DNA of 63,989 nucleotides, filler included, from an uncultured bacterium (GTDB lineage Bacteria; CAZSTA01), in NCBI GenBank assembly GCA_964609495.1. It is 5 parts of 5 records of this genome, joined end to end, with 100 filler letters (N's around TTAATTAATTAA, not from the genome) between each part and the next. Parts side by side here need not be neighbours in the genome. Positions count along the whole stretch, not along the records: positions 1 to 14,606 come from CAZSTA010000085.1; 4 more parts are not named here. The stretch is one strand, 5' to 3'. Below the pieces are notes generated by a model. That model was not told the origin of the DNA. It saw only the letters and a program-made list of their open reading frames with translations, and searched no databases. A program made the translations under genes and the position numbers. Positions within the stretch are counted from its first letter, which is position 1; each line of letters starts with the position of its first letter. Below, in pieces: positions 1-8,262 of the stretch.

Positions 1-222
1 CTCCCACGAGGGGAGAGGGAACACTGAGATTGAACTAAAGCCCTTTAGTTCCCCCCTCCCTTGATGGGAGGGGGTTAGGGGGAGGGTGATAATTAACAAG
101 ATTCCTTGATAGCCTTATTAATTCAGCAAAAACCAAGATGGGAGGGAGTAGGGGAGAGTGGTTTAAAGTGAGTTCAAGACCTAGTCCGATCTCGAATATA
201 TCGGACAAAAATTTTGAAATTA
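1..222 (+). repeat. Family A (BoxC/REP-like) composite palindromic repeat, truncated at window start
   Basis: CTCCCACGAGGGAGAGGGAAC...CCCTCCCTTGATGGGAGGGGGTTAGGGGGAGGGTGAT; about 1-150 matches the reverse complement of 10740-10918, and 170-222 matches 28318-28370 and 38328-38381. Confidence 0.9.
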
Positions 223-276
223 CTTAAAGAGCTAGCAAACTTTACTGAAGTTACTTAGCTTAGAGGAGAAAGGATA

Positions 277-2328
277 GTGCCAAGGAAAGTCATAGGCATC
301 TTAGGAGGAAAGAGCTCGATAGCTACTGCTGATCTGTTTCGAAGGATAGTGGATCTCGATCTAAGCTCCGAATATCAAGATAGCTTGAGGATAATAGTCG
401 ATAATAATCCTGAGCTAACTGACTGCTCTAGGGCGATAATGAGAGGAAGAGAAGATCCCCTTCCTATTTTGAGAGAGGCGATCACAAATCTTAAAAGCTC
501 GGGAGCCGATTTTATAGTTGTTCCCGAAGTTTGCGCGCATCACTATTTGAGACAGATCTCAAACGAGGTTCGCATCCCCATGTTGAATGTTGTTCAAGAG
601 ATCGTCGAGGCTCTAAAAGTAAGGTATCCTCAGATTAATAGAGTGGGGCTATTAGCGACTACCGCTACCTTAAAAGCAGAACTTTTTCAGAAGGTCTGTC
701 AGGAGCTGGATATTAAGCTTATATTTCCCAGCAGAAAAGTGCATAAAGAACTTATTATGAAGGCTATCGAGGGGATTAGAGCTAAGGGGAAATCATTCGC
801 TTTGTTAGAGGGAAAAGAAGCTCTTAAGAAAGCCTGTGTTTATCTGAGGGAGAAGGGAGCAGAAGCGATAATCGCTGGTTGTGCCGAGCTTTCTTTAGCT
901 CTCTCTGCCTCCGATATAGATCTGCCCCTGATAAGCTCCAATAGAGTCTTAGCGCAGGTCGCTCTGGAGTTCGCTCGCTCCTCAGCTCCCCCTGTTCGGA
1001 AGAGGGAAAGGGTCGCTGAAGTATTGGACAAGATGGGAAAAAAGATCGAGGCTAAGCCGAATCTCGCCATTGTCCTTACCGGGGCTTATGGACAGGATAA
1101 TGTCCCAGCCGAGATGTTTAAATGGGAAAAACTTTTCTTAGCGGCGGGATACGAAACTCTTCTCTTGACAGGGGAGAAGTTGCAAACCGATATCGACAAT
1201 TTAGCTTTACCAGAACTATCTTTTAAGAATTCGAAGGTAGGGAAGATATACTTCGCGGCTTTTAATAGGCAATTGAACGAGAGAGATGAGAATAGGTTAT
1301 TAAGCGCGATAGATGATCGAGCTCGAAAGTTGAAGCACAGTCTGATAGATATTATAAAAGATATGGATATCGAGATCATCTGTGTGGAAAACGCGCTTTC
1401 TCTGCCCTTGAATCTCCCCTTGGGTATGGCTTTATGGGAGCTTATAATCGAGCTTGATCTTCCGACTATAGCGCGTCATCACAACTTCTATTGGGAAAAT
1501 AAGTATTTCGAGGATAGCAATGTCGAACGCTTATTGAACGTGGCCTTTCCTCCAGATACGCCCTCTATAGAACACGTAACTGTTAGTCTGGAGGCTAAGC
1601 GATCTTTGAAGGAGAGGAGGGGGATAGAATCTACTTATATCCCGAACGCAATGGACTTCAGTTCCCCTCCCACTTTGGATGATTATAATCGGGATTTCAG
1701 GAACTCCCTCTCCATTCAAGAGGGCGAGATCGTGATAATACAGCCAACTGTTATCTCCGGGGAATTAGGGATTGAGAATTCGATCCCTCTGCTTGCCAGA
1801 TTGAAACGGAATTATGATCTCGATATCGTCTTGATAATAGGTGAAATCTTGAACGATGAGGATAAGAGATATGTCAAGTTCGTCGAGGATTTGGCGAAGG
1901 GCGAAGGTTTGAGAGCGATAATTGCTTCTCAGTATATATCCCCGGAACGACGTTTAGAGAGGGGCAAGAAGGTATATACCTTGACCGATGCTTATGTTAA
2001 CTCCGATCTCATAATATTTCCTAATGGCGATCTCGTATCCTTCAAGCATATCTTACAAGGCATATTAGCTAGGAAACCCCTCTTAGTTGCTCAAGGGAAG
2101 GCTTTAGATGAGGCTATGGGACATCAACTCTCTTTAATAGCCCTTGGAGAGGAGATAGGAAGGGTGGAAAGGAAAATACGCGAGGTTCTGGCTAAGAAGG
2201 AGAAGAGGGAGGGTGTGGTATCAAACAATTTTCAAATGGCTTATCAATACTTCTCCGAGGAGAGGGTGCAGGAGAAGTTAGCCTCGCTTCTGGAAAAGCT
2301 TAAAAGTATGGTTAGGAGAACCGCTTAA
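277..2328 (+). CDS. Fusion: Asp/Glu racemase-family domain + GT4 (MggS-like) glycosyltransferase domain, both with degenerate motifs
   Basis: N-half IGILGG..ATADLF, VGLLATTAT, IIAGCAEL (racemase fold); C-half EMFKW, ENALSLPLNLPLG, RHHNFYWE resemble the mannosylglucosylglycerate synthase-like GT4 family; GGAG RBS before GTG. Confidence 0.75.
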   Translation: MPRKVIGILGGKSSIATADLFRRIVDLDLSSEYQDSLRIIVDNNPELTDCSRAIMRGREDPLPILREAITNLKSSGADFIVVPEVCAHHYLRQISNEVRIPMLNVVQEIVEALKVRYPQINRVGLLATTATLKAELFQKVCQELDIKLIFPSRKVHKELIMKAIEGIRAKGKSFALLEGKEALKKACVYLREKGAEAIIAGCAELSLALSASDIDLPLISSNRVLAQVALEFARSSAPPVRKRERVAEVLDKMGKKIEAKPNLAIVLTGAYGQDNVPAEMFKWEKLFLAAGYETLLLTGEKLQTDIDNLALPELSFKNSKVGKIYFAAFNRQLNERDENRLLSAIDDRARKLKHSLIDIIKDMDIEIICVENALSLPLNLPLGMALWELIIELDLPTIARHHNFYWENKYFEDSNVERLLNVAFPPDTPSIEHVTVSLEAKRSLKERRGIESTYIPNAMDFSSPPTLDDYNRDFRNSLSIQEGEIVIIQPTVISGELGIENSIPLLARLKRNYDLDIVLIIGEILNDEDKRYVKFVEDLAKGEGLRAIIASQYISPERRLERGKKVYTLTDAYVNSDLIIFPNGDLVSFKHILQGILARKPLLVAQGKALDEAMGHQLSLIALGEEIGRVERKIREVLAKKEKREGVVSNNFQMAYQYFSEERVQEKLASLLEKLKSMVRRTA

Positions 2329-3212
2329 TGTATGAAGAGTTATTAACTCGTCTTCACCGAGAATATGAGGAGAAATATGGCTTTGCTCTATTCAAAGTCG
2401 ATATAATTCCTGTTGAGGGGGGGTTAAGATTAACAGGGCAGGTCTTACTCGAAGCTCAGAAGAATAGATTAGAGGAGGAGTTGAGAAAGATCACCCAACT
2501 AAGTATCGAGAACTATATCGAGATTTTAGCTGATCCCGAAGGCAAGAACGAGTTGGGATGGGGAGGAGTCGAGAAGGGGATAGTTGATGTTTGGCGTAAA
2601 CCCGCCTCGATTCGGAAAGGTGGGAAGGAGCTGAATACTCAGCTTATCCCTCAAGATGAGCCATTCAGGATCTTGACTGAGCGGGATAACTGGTATCTAA
2701 TTCAGACGATAGATTTCACTTTGGGTTGGGTGAATAAAGGCAAAGTCCTACTAGATAGAGAAGCTGACTCCTCTTGGGAAAGGACATTTCGAGCGCAGAG
2801 GGGAAGCACGGTAAATTTGGATGGAGATACCTCGAGGTTGATCGAGGTTGCCGAGCGTTACGAGGGAGTGCCTTATTTGTGGGGAGGGACTACTCTTGAC
2901 GGGATCGATTGTTCAGGATTAATTCAGAGGATATATAAGGAAGCTTATGGATTGATTCTGCCTAAGCACTCTTCGCCACAGAGGAAGATGGGCCTCAGGA
3001 TACCTTTAAATGATATAGCTGTCGGAGATATAATCTCACTTACCCTCAAGGAGAGGAGGATATCCCACGTGGGATTATACTTGGGGACTGATAGGGTGAT
3101 TCACGCTTGTGTGCGCAAGGGGAGGGTGATAATAGAGGATTTCGGGGAATTGCTCGATTTCTATATATTTGCTGGGGCGAGGAGAATAGCCCTATTTAAG
3201 GATAGAAAATAG
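2328..3212 (+). CDS. NlpC/P60 (C40) cysteine peptidase with N-terminal SH3-like region (YkfC-like)
   Basis: PYLWGGTTLDGIDCSGL, HVGLY and VIHA give an intact Cys-His-His triad; TAATG stop/start overlap with the upstream gene. Confidence 0.9.
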   Translation: MYEELLTRLHREYEEKYGFALFKVDIIPVEGGLRLTGQVLLEAQKNRLEEELRKITQLSIENYIEILADPEGKNELGWGGVEKGIVDVWRKPASIRKGGKELNTQLIPQDEPFRILTERDNWYLIQTIDFTLGWVNKGKVLLDREADSSWERTFRAQRGSTVNLDGDTSRLIEVAERYEGVPYLWGGTTLDGIDCSGLIQRIYKEAYGLILPKHSSPQRKMGLRIPLNDIAVGDIISLTLKERRISHVGLYLGTDRVIHACVRKGRVIIEDFGELLDFYIFAGARRIALFKDRK

Positions 3213-3266
3213 AAGCTGGTGTATTTTCCGATCACCGATTTTGATTTTCCAAATTGAGAGGAATTT

Positions 3267-4748
3267 ATGAATTTACTAGATCTAGAGAAACTGAGGGATA
3301 AGAAAGTTCATATAGTTGGTCTCTCCAGCGTGGAGGGCAATGCGGTGGCTAACTTTCTGATCGAGTATGGTTTCACCAATTTAGTAGCTCATGATTTCAA
3401 GAGACGCGATGAATTTGAGCGAAGCTTTAAGTTAGTTCACGTGGGGATGTCCAAGAAGGATAGAGAGATAGCCTTCGCGAGGTTAAAGCACTTGCCGATC
3501 AAGATAAACTATAAGGACATCTATCTCGAAGGTATTATGCAAGCAGACGCCATCTTTGCTACGCAGGCTTGGTTTATATATGATTGTAACCTACCTAAGC
3601 TGGAGGAGGCTAAGAAGTCAGGGATACCATTTTACACTATGACCGAACTCTATTTCGATCTAGCCCCTTGCCCGATAATAGCGGTAACTGGAACGAATGG
3701 GAAATCCACCACGGCTAAGATGATAAGTGAGATAATGTTCGCTAGTCCCTTCAAGACATATTTTGCTGGTAACGATAGGCACAGCGTTCAGGTCTTAGAT
3801 AAGCTGGAGGAGATGAGGTCGGAGGATTTCCTCATCCTAGAGGTCAGTAATCGCCAGCTTAGGGAGTTAGAGAAGAGTCCTCATATCGCAGTAATAACTA
3901 ATGTCTATCCGAATCACTTAGATGAGCATACTTCTTTTGAGGATTATATAGAAACTAAAGAGCGTCTTATAAGGTATCAGGGTGAGGATGACTTTGCAGT
4001 GCTTAACTATGATAATGAGATCACGCGAGGTTTTATCGAAAGATGCTCCTCGCAGGTATTTCCTTTTAGTAGAAAGGAGATTCTCAAGCAGGGAGCTTTT
4101 ATAAAAGATGGATATATCATGGTTAGAATAGGAGAGGAAGAGACTGAGATATGCTCTCTCTCCGATCTGGGAGTGAGGGGCGAGCATAATCTGGAGAACG
4201 CTTTAGCCGCGGTTATGGCGGCCTCTCTTGTCGGCGTGGAGGCTGAGATTATAAGCTCTACCCTACGGAAGTTTCGAGGATTGAAGCATCGCCTTCAACT
4301 TGTATTGAGAGTGAAGGGAGTTGAATATTACGATGATCTCAATAGTACTACTCCTCAGGCGGCTATAGTCGCTCTTCGTTGCTTCAACTCTCCTGTGATC
4401 TTAATAGCCGGCGGAGATGATAAGGATTTGGATTATAACGAGCTGGGCAGGATAATCGTAGATAGAGCTAAGCTCCTGCTTCTTCTCCCAGGCAAAGGAA
4501 CTGAGAAACTAGAGAGAGAGGTAAGTCGCTGGAAATCTCGTTTGGAAGTGGAAAACCCAATTATCGAACATTGTGAGAGCTTGGAGGAAGCTGTCAAATT
4601 AGCTCACATTTCTGCTCAATCTGGGGATATAGTTCTTCTATCTCCAGCCTGCCCTTACTTCTTCCGAATGTTCTATCTATCTGATGAGGGAGGCAATAGG
4701 GGTTTCAAATCGCTAGTTAAGGAGATAGCGCTTGGTAAGAAACGATAG
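3267..4748 (+). CDS. murD: MurD-family Mur ligase (divergent paralog)
   Basis: AVTGTNGKSTT P-loop, LEVS, NHLDEH, GEHNLENALAA, HRLQ, LIAGGDDK, GDIVLLSPAC. Confidence 0.8.
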   Translation: MNLLDLEKLRDKKVHIVGLSSVEGNAVANFLIEYGFTNLVAHDFKRRDEFERSFKLVHVGMSKKDREIAFARLKHLPIKINYKDIYLEGIMQADAIFATQAWFIYDCNLPKLEEAKKSGIPFYTMTELYFDLAPCPIIAVTGTNGKSTTAKMISEIMFASPFKTYFAGNDRHSVQVLDKLEEMRSEDFLILEVSNRQLRELEKSPHIAVITNVYPNHLDEHTSFEDYIETKERLIRYQGEDDFAVLNYDNEITRGFIERCSSQVFPFSRKEILKQGAFIKDGYIMVRIGEEETEICSLSDLGVRGEHNLENALAAVMAASLVGVEAEIISSTLRKFRGLKHRLQLVLRVKGVEYYDDLNSTTPQAAIVALRCFNSPVILIAGGDDKDLDYNELGRIIVDRAKLLLLLPGKGTEKLEREVSRWKSRLEVENPIIEHCESLEEAVKLAHISAQSGDIVLLSPACPYFFRMFYLSDEGGNRGFKSLVKEIALGKKR

Positions 4749-4774
4749 ATAATGTCTGCTATCTTAAGATAACT

Positions 4775-4927
4775 CTACTTCTCTTCCTCTTCAAAGACTT
4801 CTAGAATAGGTGGATCCTTGCTTATCACCTCTAACTCATCGCCACAATTGGGACATTCTATTATCTCACCCACCTCTAAAGGATCGGGAAGTGATATCTC
4901 GCATCCACATCTTGGGCACTCATACAT
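4775..4927 (-). CDS. LysW-like small zinc-ribbon protein (50 aa, not in ORF track)
   Basis: Manual translation MYECPRCGCEISLPDPLEVGEIIECPNCGDELEVISKDPPILEVFEEEEK*; two CxxC motifs, GGAGG RBS and a consensus promoter upstream. Confidence 0.85.
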   Translation of the reverse strand: MYECPRCGCEISLPDPLEVGEIIECPNCGDELEVISKDPPILEVFEEEEK

Positions 4928-4972
4928 ATATATTTTACCTCCTTGCTTTGAGATCGAGATGATCTATAATAG

Positions 4973-5001
4973 ATTATAAGATAAGAATAGGGATTTGTCA
5001 A
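4973..5001 (-). promoter_or_regulatory. Sigma70-type promoter for LysW-like gene
   Basis: Minus strand TTGACA-17 nt-TATAAT, perfect consensus. Confidence 0.8.
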
Positions 5002-5047
5002 GATTAATAGATATTATATCAGCAAACTAAAATAGGGAGATGATTAA

Positions 5048-6304
5048 ATGATGACCTCAAGGGAGAGAGTCAGAAAGGTGATCGATCACGAAGTTCCAGA
5101 TAAAGTTCCCCTTGACTTTGGGGGGATTGGTCTAACTAGTATCTCAGCGAGCGCTTATGCTCAATTGAGAAAAGCTCTTGGACTTCCCCATAAGAGGGTG
5201 AAGGTCGTGGATACCTTTCAGATGTTGGGGGAAGTCGAGCCAGAAGTTGGGGAAATGCTCGGGGTCGATACCACTGGTATCGGGTTAAGATCTCCGAATG
5301 AGAAGTGGAGGGAGTGGGAGCTATTTGATGGCACAGAGGTCCTGGTCCGCGAGAGCTTTAATCCAGTTGTGGACGAGAACGGAGATCTTCTGCTATATCC
5401 TGGAGGAGACACCTCGGGGCAACCAAGTATGCGGATGCCAAAGGGGGGCTACTATTTCGATGCGATCGTCAGACAAAAGCCGATAGATGAAGATAATCTC
5501 GATCCAAGAGAATGGCTCGAAGGTCAACTTTTTATCTATCCAGAAGAGTTGCTTCGCCATATTGAAGATAGGGTAACGGATTTATTTAATAATACCTCGC
5601 TCTCTATCATTGGTTTCTCCACCCACAGCAGCTTTGGAGATGTAGCGGCGGTGCCTGGGATGAATCTTAAAGATCCGAAGGGGATCCGTGATCCTAAGGA
5701 GTGGTATATAGCCCATATAACTCATCCAGAGTATATCAGGGGTATCTTCGAGTTACAATGCGAGGCATCCTTAAAGAATCTGAAGCTTTTCCGTCAAGCG
5801 GTGGGCGATAAGATCGATGTTATTATAATAAGCGGCACTGATTTCGGCTCGCAGAATGGGCCATTCATCTCGCCAGATATGTATCGGGATCTCTATATGC
5901 CTTTCCACAAGAGGATAAATGACTGGATACACGAGAATACGAATTGGAAGACGTTCTATCATAGCTGTGGCTCTGTGGTAGATTTCCTTGACGACTTCGT
6001 CGAAGCAGGAGTTGATATTCTCAATCCCGTGCAATGCTCCGCCGCCGGGATGGATCCGACCTTCCTCAAGGAGAACTATGGAGATAAACTTGTCTTCTGG
6101 GGTGGTGGGATTGATACCCAGAAGACTCTACCATTTGGCACTCCTGAGGAGATAAGGCAACAGGTGAGGGAAAGGATGAGAATATTTGGTAAGGGCGGTG
6201 GATTCGTCTTCGCCGCGATTCACAATATCCAGCAAAAAACACCTCCCGAGAATTTGAAAGCTCTTTTTGATGCGGTCGAGGAATTTCGCACGTTAGATGA
6301 ATAA
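5048..6304 (+). CDS. Uroporphyrinogen decarboxylase-family protein (methylcobamide methyltransferase-like)
   Basis: MTSRERV, PDKVPLDFG, GTDFGSQNGPFISP, FYHSCG, FWGGGIDTQKTLPFGTPEE, HNIQ. Confidence 0.85.
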   Translation: MMTSRERVRKVIDHEVPDKVPLDFGGIGLTSISASAYAQLRKALGLPHKRVKVVDTFQMLGEVEPEVGEMLGVDTTGIGLRSPNEKWREWELFDGTEVLVRESFNPVVDENGDLLLYPGGDTSGQPSMRMPKGGYYFDAIVRQKPIDEDNLDPREWLEGQLFIYPEELLRHIEDRVTDLFNNTSLSIIGFSTHSSFGDVAAVPGMNLKDPKGIRDPKEWYIAHITHPEYIRGIFELQCEASLKNLKLFRQAVGDKIDVIIISGTDFGSQNGPFISPDMYRDLYMPFHKRINDWIHENTNWKTFYHSCGSVVDFLDDFVEAGVDILNPVQCSAAGMDPTFLKENYGDKLVFWGGGIDTQKTLPFGTPEEIRQQVRERMRIFGKGGGFVFAAIHNIQQKTPPENLKALFDAVEEFRTLDE

Positions 6305-6905
6305 GGAAAGAGTCTTAGTAGTTCGTAAAGATATATTATGCAGACTAGGGTATTTTCAGGGAGTATTAACTGAAGATATAGAGCGTTATTATAGGGAGAT
6401 ATTGAGAAGTTATATCTTCAGAGATAGGAGCGAGGTTGAAGAAGACCCTAGTTTCAAGCAGATCATCCCCTATATACTACTATTTTATCGGGATAGAGAT
6501 AGCGATTATTTCTTCTTAACGAAGAGGAGAGATGATTGTGCGGAGAGACGTCTCAGCTCAAGATACTCCCTGGGCATAGGAGGACACATTAACGATTATG
6601 ATCTGGAGGATACAGGAGATATAATTCGGAGGGGGATGTTTCGCGAGCTTGAGGAGGAGATAGAATTAGACCTCGGCGACATTATCTCAAGTAGGCTTGT
6701 GGGAATGATAAACGATGATTCTAACCTTGTAGGGAAGGTTCACTTAGGTTTGGTCTATAAGATCGAGACTAGAAATAGAGAAGTTAGGGTAAGATCTGAA
6801 TTAGAGGAGGGATTATTTGTTAAGAGGGACGATTTGATCGATTATTATGAGGGTATGGAAGGGTGGTCGCAGTTGGTCTATAAGAGATATATTGCTGGGG
6901 AGTGA
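6297..6905 (+). CDS. NUDIX-superfamily phosphoesterase (COG4112/YmaB-like)
   Basis: EEDPSFKQIIPY, SLGIGGHIN, RELEEE, GMINDD..VGKVHLG, EGWSQ. Confidence 0.85.
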   Translation: MNKERVLVVRKDILCRLGYFQGVLTEDIERYYREILRSYIFRDRSEVEEDPSFKQIIPYILLFYRDRDSDYFFLTKRRDDCAERRLSSRYSLGIGGHINDYDLEDTGDIIRRGMFRELEEEIELDLGDIISSRLVGMINDDSNLVGKVHLGLVYKIETRNREVRVRSELEEGLFVKRDDLIDYYEGMEGWSQLVYKRYIAGE

Positions 6906-6973
6906 AGTTGATAAGGAGAAACCGATATCGACCTTGTAAGCATGTAGAATATCGTGCTAGCAGATTTGGATTT

Positions 6974-7124
6974 CCTTAAATCACCCTCCCGTCAAGGGAG
7001 AGGAGCTAAAGAGATCGAGCTTATCTCGATGTTCCCTAAAAGGTAACTTTTTTGCTTCAAATAGAACTCATGGTTAAAAAAGTTACCTTTTTCCCCTCGT
7101 GGGAGAGGGTTAGGGTGAGGGGGA
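6974..7124 (-). repeat. Family A repeat carrying a nested family B element (7038-7092)
   Basis: Reverse complement of 38170-38325; GGGAAC/GGGG core interrupted by AAAAGGTAACTTTT...AAAAGTTACCTTTT. Confidence 0.9.
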
Positions 7125-7227
7125 GAATTATATTCCCCAGCACAAACAAAGTTTACATGCTTCGATCGACCTTTGATTCGATTTGAGCTATTTTTCGGGT
7201 ATCATCAACAAGGGGAAGAGAGATGAG

Positions 7228-8229
7228 ATGAATAAGCTAACTACCTTGGCCAGGATCGGCCTAAATTATAAATTGGCTCGACCGATATGCGATTATCGTC
7301 CTATCCGCCTTTGGATAGAGCCAACCAATGTTTGCAATTTGAGATGTGTAATGTGTCCTAATAGTTCGATCCCCTCTATAAAAAGGGGATTTATGGATCT
7401 CGAGCTCTTTAAAAAGATAGTGGATGAGGTGGCAGGATTCGCTACTAATGTCAATCTCCATCATCGGGGCGAGTCCCTTATGCATCCCGATATTATCGAG
7501 ATGATCGCCTATACGAAGTCCAAGGGGATCGAAAGCAGGCTCCATACCAATGCTAACTTGATGGATAGGGATATGTCCGAAGCTATATTAGAAGCGGGAT
7601 TAGATATGATATCATTCTCCTTCGATGGATATGATAAGGAGACCTACGAGAGCATAAGAATTAGGGGCAACTTCGAAAAGACGGTCAGCAATATATTAAC
7701 CTTTCTAGAGTTGAAGGAGAAGATGAGAAAGAATACCTATACTATATTCGAAACGATAGAATTTGAGACTCCTGATGAGGAACAGCTGGCCAAGAGACGG
7801 GAGTTTAGGCGACAATTCGAGGGACTCCCCTTAGATAAATTCGTGGTGAAGAAGCCTCATAACTGGGCAGGTAGAATGGAGATAAAAGGGATGTCGCTTG
7901 AAAAACAGAAACGGAAGTTCTCTCCTTGCACCCTGATCTGGTATTCTCAGACCATATTTTGGGATGGGACAGTCGTTCCCTGTCCTCAAGATTTCTTCGG
8001 AGAATATCCTGTAGGGGATGTCAATAACTCCACTTTAAGCGAGATATGGAATGGGGAGAGGATAGTCGAGTTGAGGAAGAAGATGAATATCAGGGATTAT
8101 AAGACCGTTAATCCCTGCGTTGATTGTGATAGGCTTTGGAAGAGGAAGCTCGCGGGTATCCCAGTGCAGAATTTGAAATCGTTCTTTAGAGAGAATATAT
8201 TAGGTTTTAATAAGTTATTGACGAAATGA
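7228..8229 (+). CDS. Radical SAM protein with SPASM/twitch domain
   Basis: IEPTNVCNLRCVMCP (CxxxCxxC); C-terminal PCTLIW..DGTVVPCPQD..G...PCVDC. Confidence 0.9.
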   Translation: MNKLTTLARIGLNYKLARPICDYRPIRLWIEPTNVCNLRCVMCPNSSIPSIKRGFMDLELFKKIVDEVAGFATNVNLHHRGESLMHPDIIEMIAYTKSKGIESRLHTNANLMDRDMSEAILEAGLDMISFSFDGYDKETYESIRIRGNFEKTVSNILTFLELKEKMRKNTYTIFETIEFETPDEEQLAKRREFRRQFEGLPLDKFVVKKPHNWAGRMEIKGMSLEKQKRKFSPCTLIWYSQTIFWDGTVVPCPQDFFGEYPVGDVNNSTLSEIWNGERIVELRKKMNIRDYKTVNPCVDCDRLWKRKLAGIPVQNLKSFFRENILGFNKLLTK

Positions 8230-8262
8230 ACAGATAAACTTCTTTCCAAGGAGGTTATAACC

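Noticed and set aside
7228-8229. Radical SAM/SPASM as a RiPP maturase
   Set aside because: No precursor peptide, RRE domain, protease or exporter is adjacent.
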